This document shows, piece after piece, positions 55,723 through 63,585 of a DNA stretch of 64,000 bases; the first letter of the stretch is position 1, and the number at the start of each line of letters is the position of its first letter. The stretch is from sequence record LC592711.1; one strand, given 5' to 3'. The notes beneath the pieces were generated by a model that was not told the DNA's origin, searched no databases, and was given only the letters and a program-made list of their open reading frames with translations. The translations under genes were made by a program, and so were the position numbers.

Positions 55723-56604
55723 ATGGACCACATTTTCCAGTCGAACATTTACTCGGATCGGGATCCGGATCAGAACATGGTCCAGATGAACGGACTGTTC
55801 CTCGACCTGATCTCGACCTCTGCCACAGCAGACTGCCAGTCGATGCCGCTCAAGCAGTTCTTTGGCGACTTCTACACGAAGGCACGTTTCTCGGTGGAGA
55901 ACACGTTCGACAAGTTCCTCTCCTCGGCTCCGATCGAACTGCGTCCCGCGAAGATCTTCGAGCGTTTCGTGGATACGCGTCCGTATGCGGACATCATGCA
56001 ATACCGCGCTGAGATCCCCGAAGGTCTCATCGTTACGTATCTCGATTACCTGAAGGTTCTCATGCCTGCTCAGGAATCGGCCAACAACATCGTGAAGGAC
56101 GTCATCGATCCGTTCACGACTTTCGTCTCGAAGATGATCTCGGACGAAATCTTCCGTAATCAGGCTGGCCATCAGATCAAGGAGTTCGCTAAACTTGAAC
56201 CTGAATACGTGAAGATCAACAAGGAATTCGCCAAGTGCTTCGGCAAGAACGATTTTAGTGCTTCCGCTGCATTCGGTGAAGTCGTCAAGCGCAATGGCGA
56301 TTGGCGTACCGTCTTCTCGGAAACGGCGGAACTGAAGAAGCTCTATCAGGACTTCCCGGCTCAGGAACTCACGAAGAAGCTGAATCGCCTCTACGAGATG
56401 CTCGACGAGCTCGTCGATCAGATCAAGCTCGATCACTACGCGCAAGTGGAAAAGGAAGTCACGCAGCTGCTGGGCAACGGCATGTACTTCGTGGCGAAGA
56501 TGGTGGAGCTCTCGGCTCTGACCACGTTCCGCAGCCGTACGTTCATCGAGACGATCAACACCACGATCAAGAACGTCGAAGAGTTGCCGAACGTGAAGAA
56601 TTAA
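55723..56604 (+). CDS. Conserved helical (probable virion) protein
   Basis: 293 aa, strong codon bias, all-alpha. Confidence 0.65.
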   Translation: MDHIFQSNIYSDRDPDQNMVQMNGLFLDLISTSATADCQSMPLKQFFGDFYTKARFSVENTFDKFLSSAPIELRPAKIFERFVDTRPYADIMQYRAEIPEGLIVTYLDYLKVLMPAQESANNIVKDVIDPFTTFVSKMISDEIFRNQAGHQIKEFAKLEPEYVKINKEFAKCFGKNDFSASAAFGEVVKRNGDWRTVFSETAELKKLYQDFPAQELTKKLNRLYEMLDELVDQIKLDHYAQVEKEVTQLLGNGMYFVAKMVELSALTTFRSRTFIETINTTIKNVEELPNVKN

Positions 56605-56642
56605 AACGCAGTTAAGAAACAAAAAAAAATAATGACGCTTAT

Positions 56643-56672
56643 CTACTCCTGGGGCCTAGGCCCCAGGAGTAG
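56643..56672. terminator. Perfect 30-bp palindrome at a convergent junction
   Basis: ctactcctggggcctaggccccaggagtag is its own reverse complement; A-tract to the left. Confidence 0.7.
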
Positions 56673-56683
56673 TTTGTCTCTTT

Positions 56684-57142
56684 TTATTCTGCGGCAAGTT
56701 CCAGCGGCCGGTTGTGCGTGAAGTCGGCCAATAACCGTTCACGACGAATCTGCGCCTTTGCTGTGTTTACCTTAGAGAGATACCGTCGGTCGCCTGGGTT
56801 GTACATGGCGATGGCGCGGTCACGGGTCTTGTAACGGTCAAGGTTACGAGAAAGAAGAGTAGCACCGAAACCCACGTTCGTGCATGACTTGTAAAGATCT
56901 TTCGCGAATACTTTCTTTTTCCTTAGTTCGGGAAGGTGAATGGAATTGATTTGCATGAGACCGTAACTGGTTGAACCGTTACGATCATGGTGGACGGCTT
57001 TCGGATTACCGCCGCTTTCGACCTTGATGATGGCACGGACGTCCATCTCATTGAGGCCGTTCTGTTTAGCGATGTCGCTGACGCAATCTGCAAGGGCCAA
57101 GTTGCAGAGGGAGAAGAGTAGCGCGAGTAAGAATAAACGCAT
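56684..57142 (-). CDS. Secreted lytic transglycosylase (SLT/GH23; IagB/VirB1-like)
   Basis: Catalytic 'IIKVES', 'GLMQIN', 'YNPG'; signal peptide MRLFLLALLFSLCNLALA; AAGGA RBS before ATG 57142. Confidence 0.85.
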   Translation of the reverse strand: MRLFLLALLFSLCNLALADCVSDIAKQNGLNEMDVRAIIKVESGGNPKAVHHDRNGSTSYGLMQINSIHLPELRKKKVFAKDLYKSCTNVGFGATLLSRNLDRYKTRDRAIAMYNPGDRRYLSKVNTAKAQIRRERLLADFTHNRPLELAAE

Positions 57143-57189
57143 TATTTTCCTTGTTAGACTACCAGTTGTAAAAAAGCGAGACACAAACT

Positions 57190-57218
57190 CACTCTACACC
57201 CTTGTGGGGCGTAGAGTG
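57190..57218 (-). terminator. Imperfect hairpin upstream of the SLT gene
   Basis: cactctacaccc-ttgt-ggggcgtagagtg. Confidence 0.5.
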
Positions 57219-57237
57219 GTTTATGGGAGTTCTTCGA

Positions 57238-57654
57238 TCACTGGACAAACAACTGATCACGAGCTTCGAGGAGCTGACGAACTTCGATGACCACACGGAA
57301 GATCTCATCGTAGACCAACCAGCACGGCATCATCACAACGATTTGTCGCGCAATTCGCGTCAGGTCGTGATCCGATTTTTGATGAAGGAAGACTGGACAG
57401 ACAAGGTCTTCGACAGGACGTTTGCCCCAGATCTTGTCTGTGCAGGCGATCGGGAGTTCCATTGCGTGAGGATCGACTTTGGTCAGACCAAATTCTTTCT
57501 GAATTCGCAATAGTGTCTCTCGATCCAGTTCACTCTTCCCTGCGAGCTTACCTGACAGGGAGGAAATGAACATGAGTCGTTTCATGCGCGAGGGTAAGAG
57601 GTGGAACAAAACCCGCAACGTGCGGGTCTGGAATCTCTTATTCGACAGTTTCAT
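57238..57654 (-). CDS. Conserved phiKZ-like hypothetical protein
   Basis: About 138 aa downstream of RNase H; start uncertain. Confidence 0.55.
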   Translation of the reverse strand: MKLSNKRFQTRTLRVLFHLLPSRMKRLMFISSLSGKLAGKSELDRETLLRIQKEFGLTKVDPHAMELPIACTDKIWGKRPVEDLVCPVFLHQKSDHDLTRIARQIVVMMPCWLVYDEIFRVVIEVRQLLEARDQLFVQ

Positions 57655-57691
57655 AGTTGAATAACCTGCGAACAATAAAGTTGATCATCCC

Positions 57692-59281
57692 CTATGCGGC
57701 CTTTTTCAACTTCGATTGCTTCGCCTTGTTCAGGCGTACATTCGAGTAGTAACCACAATAGGCACCGGCGTCATCACCTGCTTCGATGACGGTGAAATAA
57801 CGGAACACACCAGGAGACTCTTCCCAAGTAAGAAGCGTAACCTTTGGATTCGTCTCTTCGATCCTCTTAAGACCATTACGGTCTGCCATGTCGATTCCGA
57901 ATGTGAGGATCGTGGGAAGCGTGATCTCCACGCCATTGGAGTCCCGGTAGAGGGCGTCTACCTCGATCGAAGCTACCCCAGGCTTGATCGACGCCTTCAG
58001 TTTCGTTACAGGAATTTCCTTGTTCTTCTTCTTCGTAATCGACGTCTCATATAAATGAGGCGTCAGATCCGTCACCGCATACCGTTTGGACGATTCGTCT
58101 TTGTTCAACCATTCGTCAAGACGGCTGGCCAGAGTGTTCACGGCCATTACGGCTTCCAAGGCTTTCTTCGGTGGATCGACTACTTCGGTGACGACCTGTT
58201 TGTCTACCGACTGAAGATTGTTGTTGTAGGAGTTGGGCTGATACAAAGACCAGTTACCATACTCGGTGAACATCTTGAAAACGTTCGACTTGAAAAACGC
58301 GCCCAGATGTCCGATGACCATCTCGTTCTTATAGCCTCCCAACTTGCAATGGTAGGCTATAAGGGCCTCCAACGATTCGATCGGTTCTTTCGTTTGAATG
58401 ACTGAGTAGGAGGTATCGCTCAGTCGCTTGCCGAAGAGACCCAAGTCCTTGTCGATGGCGCCCATGTAGTAGCGGCCCTTCTCGGTCCCGGTCATCTCTC
58501 CGTTGAAGAAGAGCTTCTGATGGCAGATAAGCGGATGCTTGTCGACTTCTGCTGCCTTCCAGTAACCCTGAGCAGGCTCCTTATGGAAAGCATCGTCGGT
58601 CAGACCAGCCAAGGTCATGTTCTTACCCAGGTTGGCATTGTTATCTGCCAGCTGGTTGCCCAGGAAGATCGAGTGACCCGGCATCCAGTCGCACTTGATG
58701 TCGTAGTCCTTCATCTCGTTCTTGAGCTTCCAGAGATGCTGCCAGAGCGGCTTGTTCTTGATTTCATTGCCATCGCGGCGACGCCAGTTGTTCTTCGCCC
58801 AGAGGGGAAGGACTTTGGTGTAACCGTCGAGAGTGTATTCGCTATCCAGCCACAGGCGGATTGTGCGAATGTTTTCACGCTGGCAGTATTCGAGTGCCTT
58901 GATGAGGGCGGTGATTTCTGCAGCGTTGTTGGTCGAACGACCTTTCTCGTCAACGATCGGCGAAGGGCCGAACGCATCGAGATAGAAGATGGGAGTAATT
59001 TCCATCGACTCCATGTGGCGGTCGAGGATGGACATCGTGCCTTCTTTCAGCTTCGATTCGTCCAGGTTTGCGTAAGGATCTTCACCCTTACGGAATGCGT
59101 CGAGCATTGCTTTGTCGACGTAGCCTTCGTTGGTCAGGTAGAAGTCGGCGTTGCCGCTTCCTTTCTTGGGTGCTTCGTTCGAATAGGCGTAACCGTGAAT
59201 ACCCCAGCCGCCTTCGCCGGGGTTAGGCACGCACGATCCGTCCGTATGCAGGATGATTGCATCGATTTTAAGGTCGCTCAT
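57692..59281 (-). CDS. rnhA: RNase HI with a long C-terminal extension (phiKZ gp155-like)
   Basis: 'HTDGSCVPNPGEGGWG', 'TNNAAEITAL', 'LDSEY', 'GHS...GNQLAD'. Confidence 0.88.
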   Translation of the reverse strand: MSDLKIDAIILHTDGSCVPNPGEGGWGIHGYAYSNEAPKKGSGNADFYLTNEGYVDKAMLDAFRKGEDPYANLDESKLKEGTMSILDRHMESMEITPIFYLDAFGPSPIVDEKGRSTNNAAEITALIKALEYCQRENIRTIRLWLDSEYTLDGYTKVLPLWAKNNWRRRDGNEIKNKPLWQHLWKLKNEMKDYDIKCDWMPGHSIFLGNQLADNNANLGKNMTLAGLTDDAFHKEPAQGYWKAAEVDKHPLICHQKLFFNGEMTGTEKGRYYMGAIDKDLGLFGKRLSDTSYSVIQTKEPIESLEALIAYHCKLGGYKNEMVIGHLGAFFKSNVFKMFTEYGNWSLYQPNSYNNNLQSVDKQVVTEVVDPPKKALEAVMAVNTLASRLDEWLNKDESSKRYAVTDLTPHLYETSITKKKNKEIPVTKLKASIKPGVASIEVDALYRDSNGVEITLPTILTFGIDMADRNGLKRIEETNPKVTLLTWEESPGVFRYFTVIEAGDDAGAYCGYYSNVRLNKAKQSKLKKAA

Positions 59282-59333
59282 GTTTTATCTCTACGTTGGC
59301 ATTAGACACTGTATCAGAGTCTAGCCTAAGTTT

Positions 59334-59669
59334 TTATCGACACTGTTCTACCCGCTGACGAGTCTTGGTGATCACGTACAGGAGTTGGTCGATGTATTTG
59401 TTTTGCTTGTCCATGTAGTCTTGCAAGAAGGCATCCATGGTTCCGTTTTTGATATCGTCATCGGTGAAGCTTTGAAACTTCTTCCGATCGAACTGAGGAC
59501 GACGTGTGTAACGAGGCATGTTCTCCTGTTCACACAAGTCAACCATCATTCTATTCTGTTTGGTAATATATTCCTGATTTTTGTCTATCTGTGGAGGATC
59601 AGGTTGTTTCGGTTCTTGCGCGCATGCAGCCAGGAACGCGAAGAGAACCCCCGTCAAAATTTTCTTCAT
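59334..59669 (-). CDS. Lipoprotein, probable o-spanin
   Basis: MKKILTGVLFAFLAA|C lipobox, Pro-rich linker, 111 aa; downstream of a TM plus coiled-coil gene. Confidence 0.6.
   Translation of the reverse strand: MKKILTGVLFAFLAACAQEPKQPDPPQIDKNQEYITKQNRMMVDLCEQENMPRYTRRPQFDRKKFQSFTDDDIKNGTMDAFLQDYMDKQNKYIDQLLYVITKTRQRVEQCR
59563..59578 (-). promoter_or_regulatory. Early promoter motif embedded in the lipoprotein CDS, upstream of RNase H
   Basis: Minus strand ATCAGGAATATATTAC matches the TCAG-nn-A-Y-ATAT-W-AC consensus. Confidence 0.5.
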
Positions 59670-59728
59670 CTCTTCAATCCGGCAAAATGACCCCGGGAAC
59701 GGAGCTCTGTTTAGGAGCCCCGTTTTCC

Positions 59729-60226
59729 CTAATCGTCGTACTTATCAAAGAAATCCGAATAGGACTTCTTCCGTCTAGCGGCTACTGATTCAGAAGCGAC
59801 CTGGTCCTGGTCTGACTGCTCCTGAGTGCGCGCTTTGCGGTGCTGCTCGGCCTTCGTTTTAAAAGCTGCCACGACGTTGTGTTCGGGTGGTTCTGGAAGT
59901 CGTCCAGGGATTTCCGCGGGATTCACACACGTGACAGAGTTCAAAGTTGGTCGCGCTGCCAACTTGTCTTCTAACTCTTTGATACGTAATTCCATCCGGT
60001 GAACGTTAGCAGCTTCAACGGACTTCTCTAGCTTGATGTGTTCCTGCGACAACTGGTAGAATTTGGGAATGATCAGGAAGAGCGCGAAGATCAATCCCGA
60101 AACAAAGAAAAGCAGGAACACTTTCTTTCTTTGAGTCCTCATCCCCTCTTTCAGGGTAATCCCACCTAGAACCAATTCTTTTAAGAACGGCCAGATGAGC
60201 CTGAAGATGTAAAATGCTGATGACAT
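59729..60226 (-). CDS. Inner-membrane protein with a coiled coil, probable i-spanin
   Basis: TM 'VFLLFFVSGLIFALFLII' followed by heptads 'HIKLEKSVE...LRIKELEDKL'. Confidence 0.5.
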   Translation of the reverse strand: MSSAFYIFRLIWPFLKELVLGGITLKEGMRTQRKKVFLLFFVSGLIFALFLIIPKFYQLSQEHIKLEKSVEAANVHRMELRIKELEDKLAARPTLNSVTCVNPAEIPGRLPEPPEHNVVAAFKTKAEQHRKARTQEQSDQDQVASESVAARRKKSYSDFFDKYDD

Positions 60227-60335
60227 GCCGAGGACCTCTTATCCATTTTATGACGGTTCCGTGTTCCTCATGTATTTTACCACTTTTGGTGGGAAAATTC
60301 TAACAATTTTTTTGAACTGCTGTATAAGGTGAGCC

Positions 60336-61637
60336 ATGAATACCATCAAAGGCTTTGCTCTCAATCGCAACTTCGTCAACAACGCTCCAGGCGTCGTTGC
60401 TGATATCGGCGAGCTTTCACAGCTGGGTTATACCTTCGCCAAGGAACCCAGGGTGTACTCCTCGCAGACATATCCCACATTATCACTGGTCCACATGCCG
60501 ACCAAGGGTAGTGGCGTGGGTTTCTCTGCTGCCATTCCGGACGATCAGGTCGCACACATCCTGAACGTCATCAACAACATTTACACGAAGTCGCTCAGCA
60601 ATACGAATCCGATTGCTCCGGGTGAATTCGTGACCTACCTCCAGAACCAGATGGGCGCCGCTGTGGCAAACATCACGGTCGGTGGTCAGGTGATTTCGGG
60701 CAACCGCTCCATCGTCGAATGGATCCAGTGGAACAACCCCGCAGTCGACAACACCAACATCAACAAGGTCTGGTTCGTCAACTCGTCTTTCGAAGGTCAG
60801 TTCGACGAATACGACTTTACAGTCATTCCGCCGTTCACGCCCGTCAGCCAGTTCTTCGGCCAACCCGCTGACGTGAAAGCACTTCTCGCTTCGCGCAACT
60901 ACAATCAGCAAACGCAGGCTATCGAAGATGCGCGTGGTGGTACGAACGAGTCGTTCGTCTGGGGTAACGAATACAACTACGTGAACCCGGTGAACGCCAA
61001 CGACAAGACGCCTGCGAAGTTTGCTGTGCTCGGTTATGGCGAAGCTGCGAACAACATCGACCTGATCAAGCAAGCGATCGTCGATTACCTGCTCACCAAC
61101 TCCACGCAAACGCGAGATCAGTGGAAGGCAATTTTGCCTGACCTTTTTTTGCGTACGGAGGTGATGCTGTTCCCCCAGTGGGGGTCGTTCGCGATTGAGA
61201 ATGTGGTCGGTGGCAACAACGGCATCTATTCGCCGATTCAGTTGCTCTCGTCGATCCTGACTCAGATCACGAACGACGCAACGGGTTACGACCCAACCTT
61301 CGTGCAGAACAACGCACAGATCTTCACGTTCCCGTATATGTCGATTGCAATCGGCTCGTGCGGCAATGCAGAAAACCGTGACGGCAAGACGAAGCTCTCG
61401 GACTGGTTCCCGGATTACTTCTTCACCCCCAACACGTCGGCGGACTTCAACCGCATGTCTCTCGACACGCAGGGCTGGTTCCAGATGATGATGGCGATGC
61501 TACCGATTGCCCGTGACATGACTTCGGGCTCCACGGTTCCCAACGGTTATACGCGAGTGATTCGCGGCACGAAGATGTATCTCGCTAAGAGCTACGACGA
61601 CGTGCAGTTCCTCGTGCAAGCACAGGCGACTCCGTAA
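60336..61637 (+). CDS. Virion structural protein
   Basis: 433 aa; 'GELSQLGYTFAKE', 'WKAILPDLFLRTE', 'DFNRMS' recall a conserved family protein near sbcC. Confidence 0.65.
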   Translation: MNTIKGFALNRNFVNNAPGVVADIGELSQLGYTFAKEPRVYSSQTYPTLSLVHMPTKGSGVGFSAAIPDDQVAHILNVINNIYTKSLSNTNPIAPGEFVTYLQNQMGAAVANITVGGQVISGNRSIVEWIQWNNPAVDNTNINKVWFVNSSFEGQFDEYDFTVIPPFTPVSQFFGQPADVKALLASRNYNQQTQAIEDARGGTNESFVWGNEYNYVNPVNANDKTPAKFAVLGYGEAANNIDLIKQAIVDYLLTNSTQTRDQWKAILPDLFLRTEVMLFPQWGSFAIENVVGGNNGIYSPIQLLSSILTQITNDATGYDPTFVQNNAQIFTFPYMSIAIGSCGNAENRDGKTKLSDWFPDYFFTPNTSADFNRMSLDTQGWFQMMMAMLPIARDMTSGSTVPNGYTRVIRGTKMYLAKSYDDVQFLVQAQATP

Positions 61638-62272
61638 TGGCAACTGAACTCCTACCTGGCATTGGGGCTTCGGGGGATTGGACCCTCAAGCCTCCTTACG
61701 ATTCCAAGTACACCGCTGGTCTCGCTTACAGCTGTCGGGCGATCAACAAGATCAGTTCCATGGTGGCCACGGGTATTGACGTTCTGAATACCCTTTTCAT
61801 CCCGGCCGGCTTGGCGGAAGCCGATTACGATGCGGCAGTGGTGGCGGACCTTTCGATGGTTACGCTGCAATCCGCAGCGGGTCAGCTGATCATCCTGCCT
61901 TCGACGTATCTGGCAGGATGGCCCAGTGGGGACTCCGTACCTTACGCTGTCGTGGGTATGGTGATCAATCTCGGTCCGATTCCGAACACGATCGATCCGA
62001 CCTTCCTCACGGCGAAGGTTGAGCCTGTCATCAAGAACGCTCTGGGCCTGGACCCCGAGATCCATTACGTTACGTTGTCGGAGACGACCAACAAGACGTG
62101 GGACGATCACGTGGCTCAGGAGAACACACGCACTGCTGCAATCACGGATGGCAATTCGGATTACATCAAGCGTCTGAATGCCGAGGCTGCTTTGACGGCA
62201 GCACAAGCCCAGATCGCAGCACTACAGCAAGTCATCATCGATGCTGGTTTGACCATCCCGACAAGCTCATAA
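61637..62272 (+). CDS. Virion structural protein
   Basis: 211 aa, coupled (TAATG); C-terminal coiled coil. Confidence 0.65.
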   Translation: MATELLPGIGASGDWTLKPPYDSKYTAGLAYSCRAINKISSMVATGIDVLNTLFIPAGLAEADYDAAVVADLSMVTLQSAAGQLIILPSTYLAGWPSGDSVPYAVVGMVINLGPIPNTIDPTFLTAKVEPVIKNALGLDPEIHYVTLSETTNKTWDDHVAQENTRTAAITDGNSDYIKRLNAEAALTAAQAQIAALQQVIIDAGLTIPTSS

Positions 62273-62284
62273 ACGAAAAAGACT

Positions 62285-62310
62285 CTACTGCTGGCTTCGG
62301 CCAGCAGTAG
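62285..62310 (+). terminator. 11-bp hairpin with a cUUCGg loop
   Basis: ctactgctggc-ttcg-gccagcagtag. Confidence 0.7.
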
Positions 62311-62340
62311 TGATCTTGTGAATTTAGAATAGAGGCGTAT

Positions 62341-63000
62341 ATGCAAACCGCGATGCTTTTAAAAAAGAAAGCAGCTATAGGGGTGCTGACCAATCTGTTA
62401 ATGCCGTTTGACGGAAATTTCACAGATCTGGCAGGTAATACTGGCATCACCCAAGCCAACTATAGTTTCTTGACAAACCAGAAGTTCGGACAACAGGCAG
62501 TCAAGTTCGGATCGAATGGCGGCGTGACTGTTCCGCTAACATCGAAAATCACTTATGCTGGCGATTTCACAATCGAGACATGGGTATCGATGGGATCGCT
62601 AACCGGCGAGCAGATGCTGATTACTGCTGGGGCTGGGTGTTACATCGACTGCTATACGGGCGGTGCCTATAACGGAGGCGCTCCATGTTTTATTGTTTCG
62701 ATCAATCCGACGAATAGTCATGCGTCAATGATTGTCGTTGGCAATAGCTGGACAGTTGGGACACTCCATCACCTGGCACTTTGTCGCTCGGGCTCAACCG
62801 TAACTTTGTACGGCGACGGGGCGGTGAAGGGAACAGTGACCAATACCAACGTGTGGGCGAATTCAAACTGGACGATCGGCAACTACACGTCGTCTCCGCT
62901 CTACGGTTTCTCTGGCGGTGTTCAGCAAGTTCGAGCATCGAATGTCTGCCGCTATACCGGACCATTCACGCCGCCGTCTAGCCCGTTCGTTCTCGATTAA
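62341..63000 (+). CDS. Concanavalin-A/LamG-like lectin domain protein, probable fibre/decoration tip
   Basis: 'GDFTIETWV', 'LHHLALCRSGSTVTLYGDG', 'QQVRASNVCRYTGPFTPP'; MQTAMLLKKKAA tag. Confidence 0.75.
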   Translation: MQTAMLLKKKAAIGVLTNLLMPFDGNFTDLAGNTGITQANYSFLTNQKFGQQAVKFGSNGGVTVPLTSKITYAGDFTIETWVSMGSLTGEQMLITAGAGCYIDCYTGGAYNGGAPCFIVSINPTNSHASMIVVGNSWTVGTLHHLALCRSGSTVTLYGDGAVKGTVTNTNVWANSNWTIGNYTSSPLYGFSGGVQQVRASNVCRYTGPFTPPSSPFVLD

Positions 63001-63013
63001 GTGAAGGCAGAAT

Positions 63014-63544
63014 ATGCAAGCACTCGCAAAGATATCCGGCACTTGGAAAATTGTTAGACAGATCTTCGTCAAACAAGGCGGAGTCTGGAAAACAGTCAAG
63101 CAGGGCTACATCAAAAGTGGAGGAGTCTGGAAACTCTTCTTCACACTGGGTTTTACCGCTCAGCCACAAACCTTCGTTCTCAGTAGTCATGCGGCTAGTA
63201 CCGATCTTGCTGAAATTAGTTTAACCGGCATGGGGGTTACGGATCACGGAGCGCTTCTCTCCGATCTGTTCATGTCGCAAAATTACGATAGTGGCGATGA
63301 GAACAGTGTAACGTCGTGGACATATCGAATGATGTACGATTCTTCGTCTGCGCCGCCTAGTTGGAGTGGGAATCTGAAAGTAACCAACCTGAGCTCAGGT
63401 ATTTCTGTAACGCTGTCGCCCACAGCGGACCCCAGAACGTGGTTGCTTCAAATTCCCAGCGATGGTAGTCAGACGTATCCGGTTAGTCCTTACGACAAAT
63501 GGATACGTGATTCGATGGATACCTATTCAATCAGTGAAGCATAA
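63014..63544 (+). CDS. Tail-fibre-associated protein with three N-terminal K-x-G-x-WK repeats
   Basis: 'KISGTWK', 'KQGGVWK', 'KSGGVWK' with 14-aa spacing. Confidence 0.6.
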   Translation: MQALAKISGTWKIVRQIFVKQGGVWKTVKQGYIKSGGVWKLFFTLGFTAQPQTFVLSSHAASTDLAEISLTGMGVTDHGALLSDLFMSQNYDSGDENSVTSWTYRMMYDSSSAPPSWSGNLKVTNLSSGISVTLSPTADPRTWLLQIPSDGSQTYPVSPYDKWIRDSMDTYSISEA

Positions 63545-63551
63545 AGACATA

Positions 63552-63579
63552 GACTACTCTCCCGTAAGGGAGAGTAGTC
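63552..63579. terminator. 12-bp hairpin at a convergent junction
   Basis: gactactctccc-gtaa-gggagagtagtc. Confidence 0.7.
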
Positions 63580-63585
63580 GTATGT

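Noticed and set aside
6900-60280. TTTTAC-type motif 14-60 nt upstream of several genes (6900, 10635, 30388, 57168, 60274), resembling a phiKZ middle promoter
   Set aside because: It is too short and AT-rich to distinguish from chance without a statistical test or TSS data.
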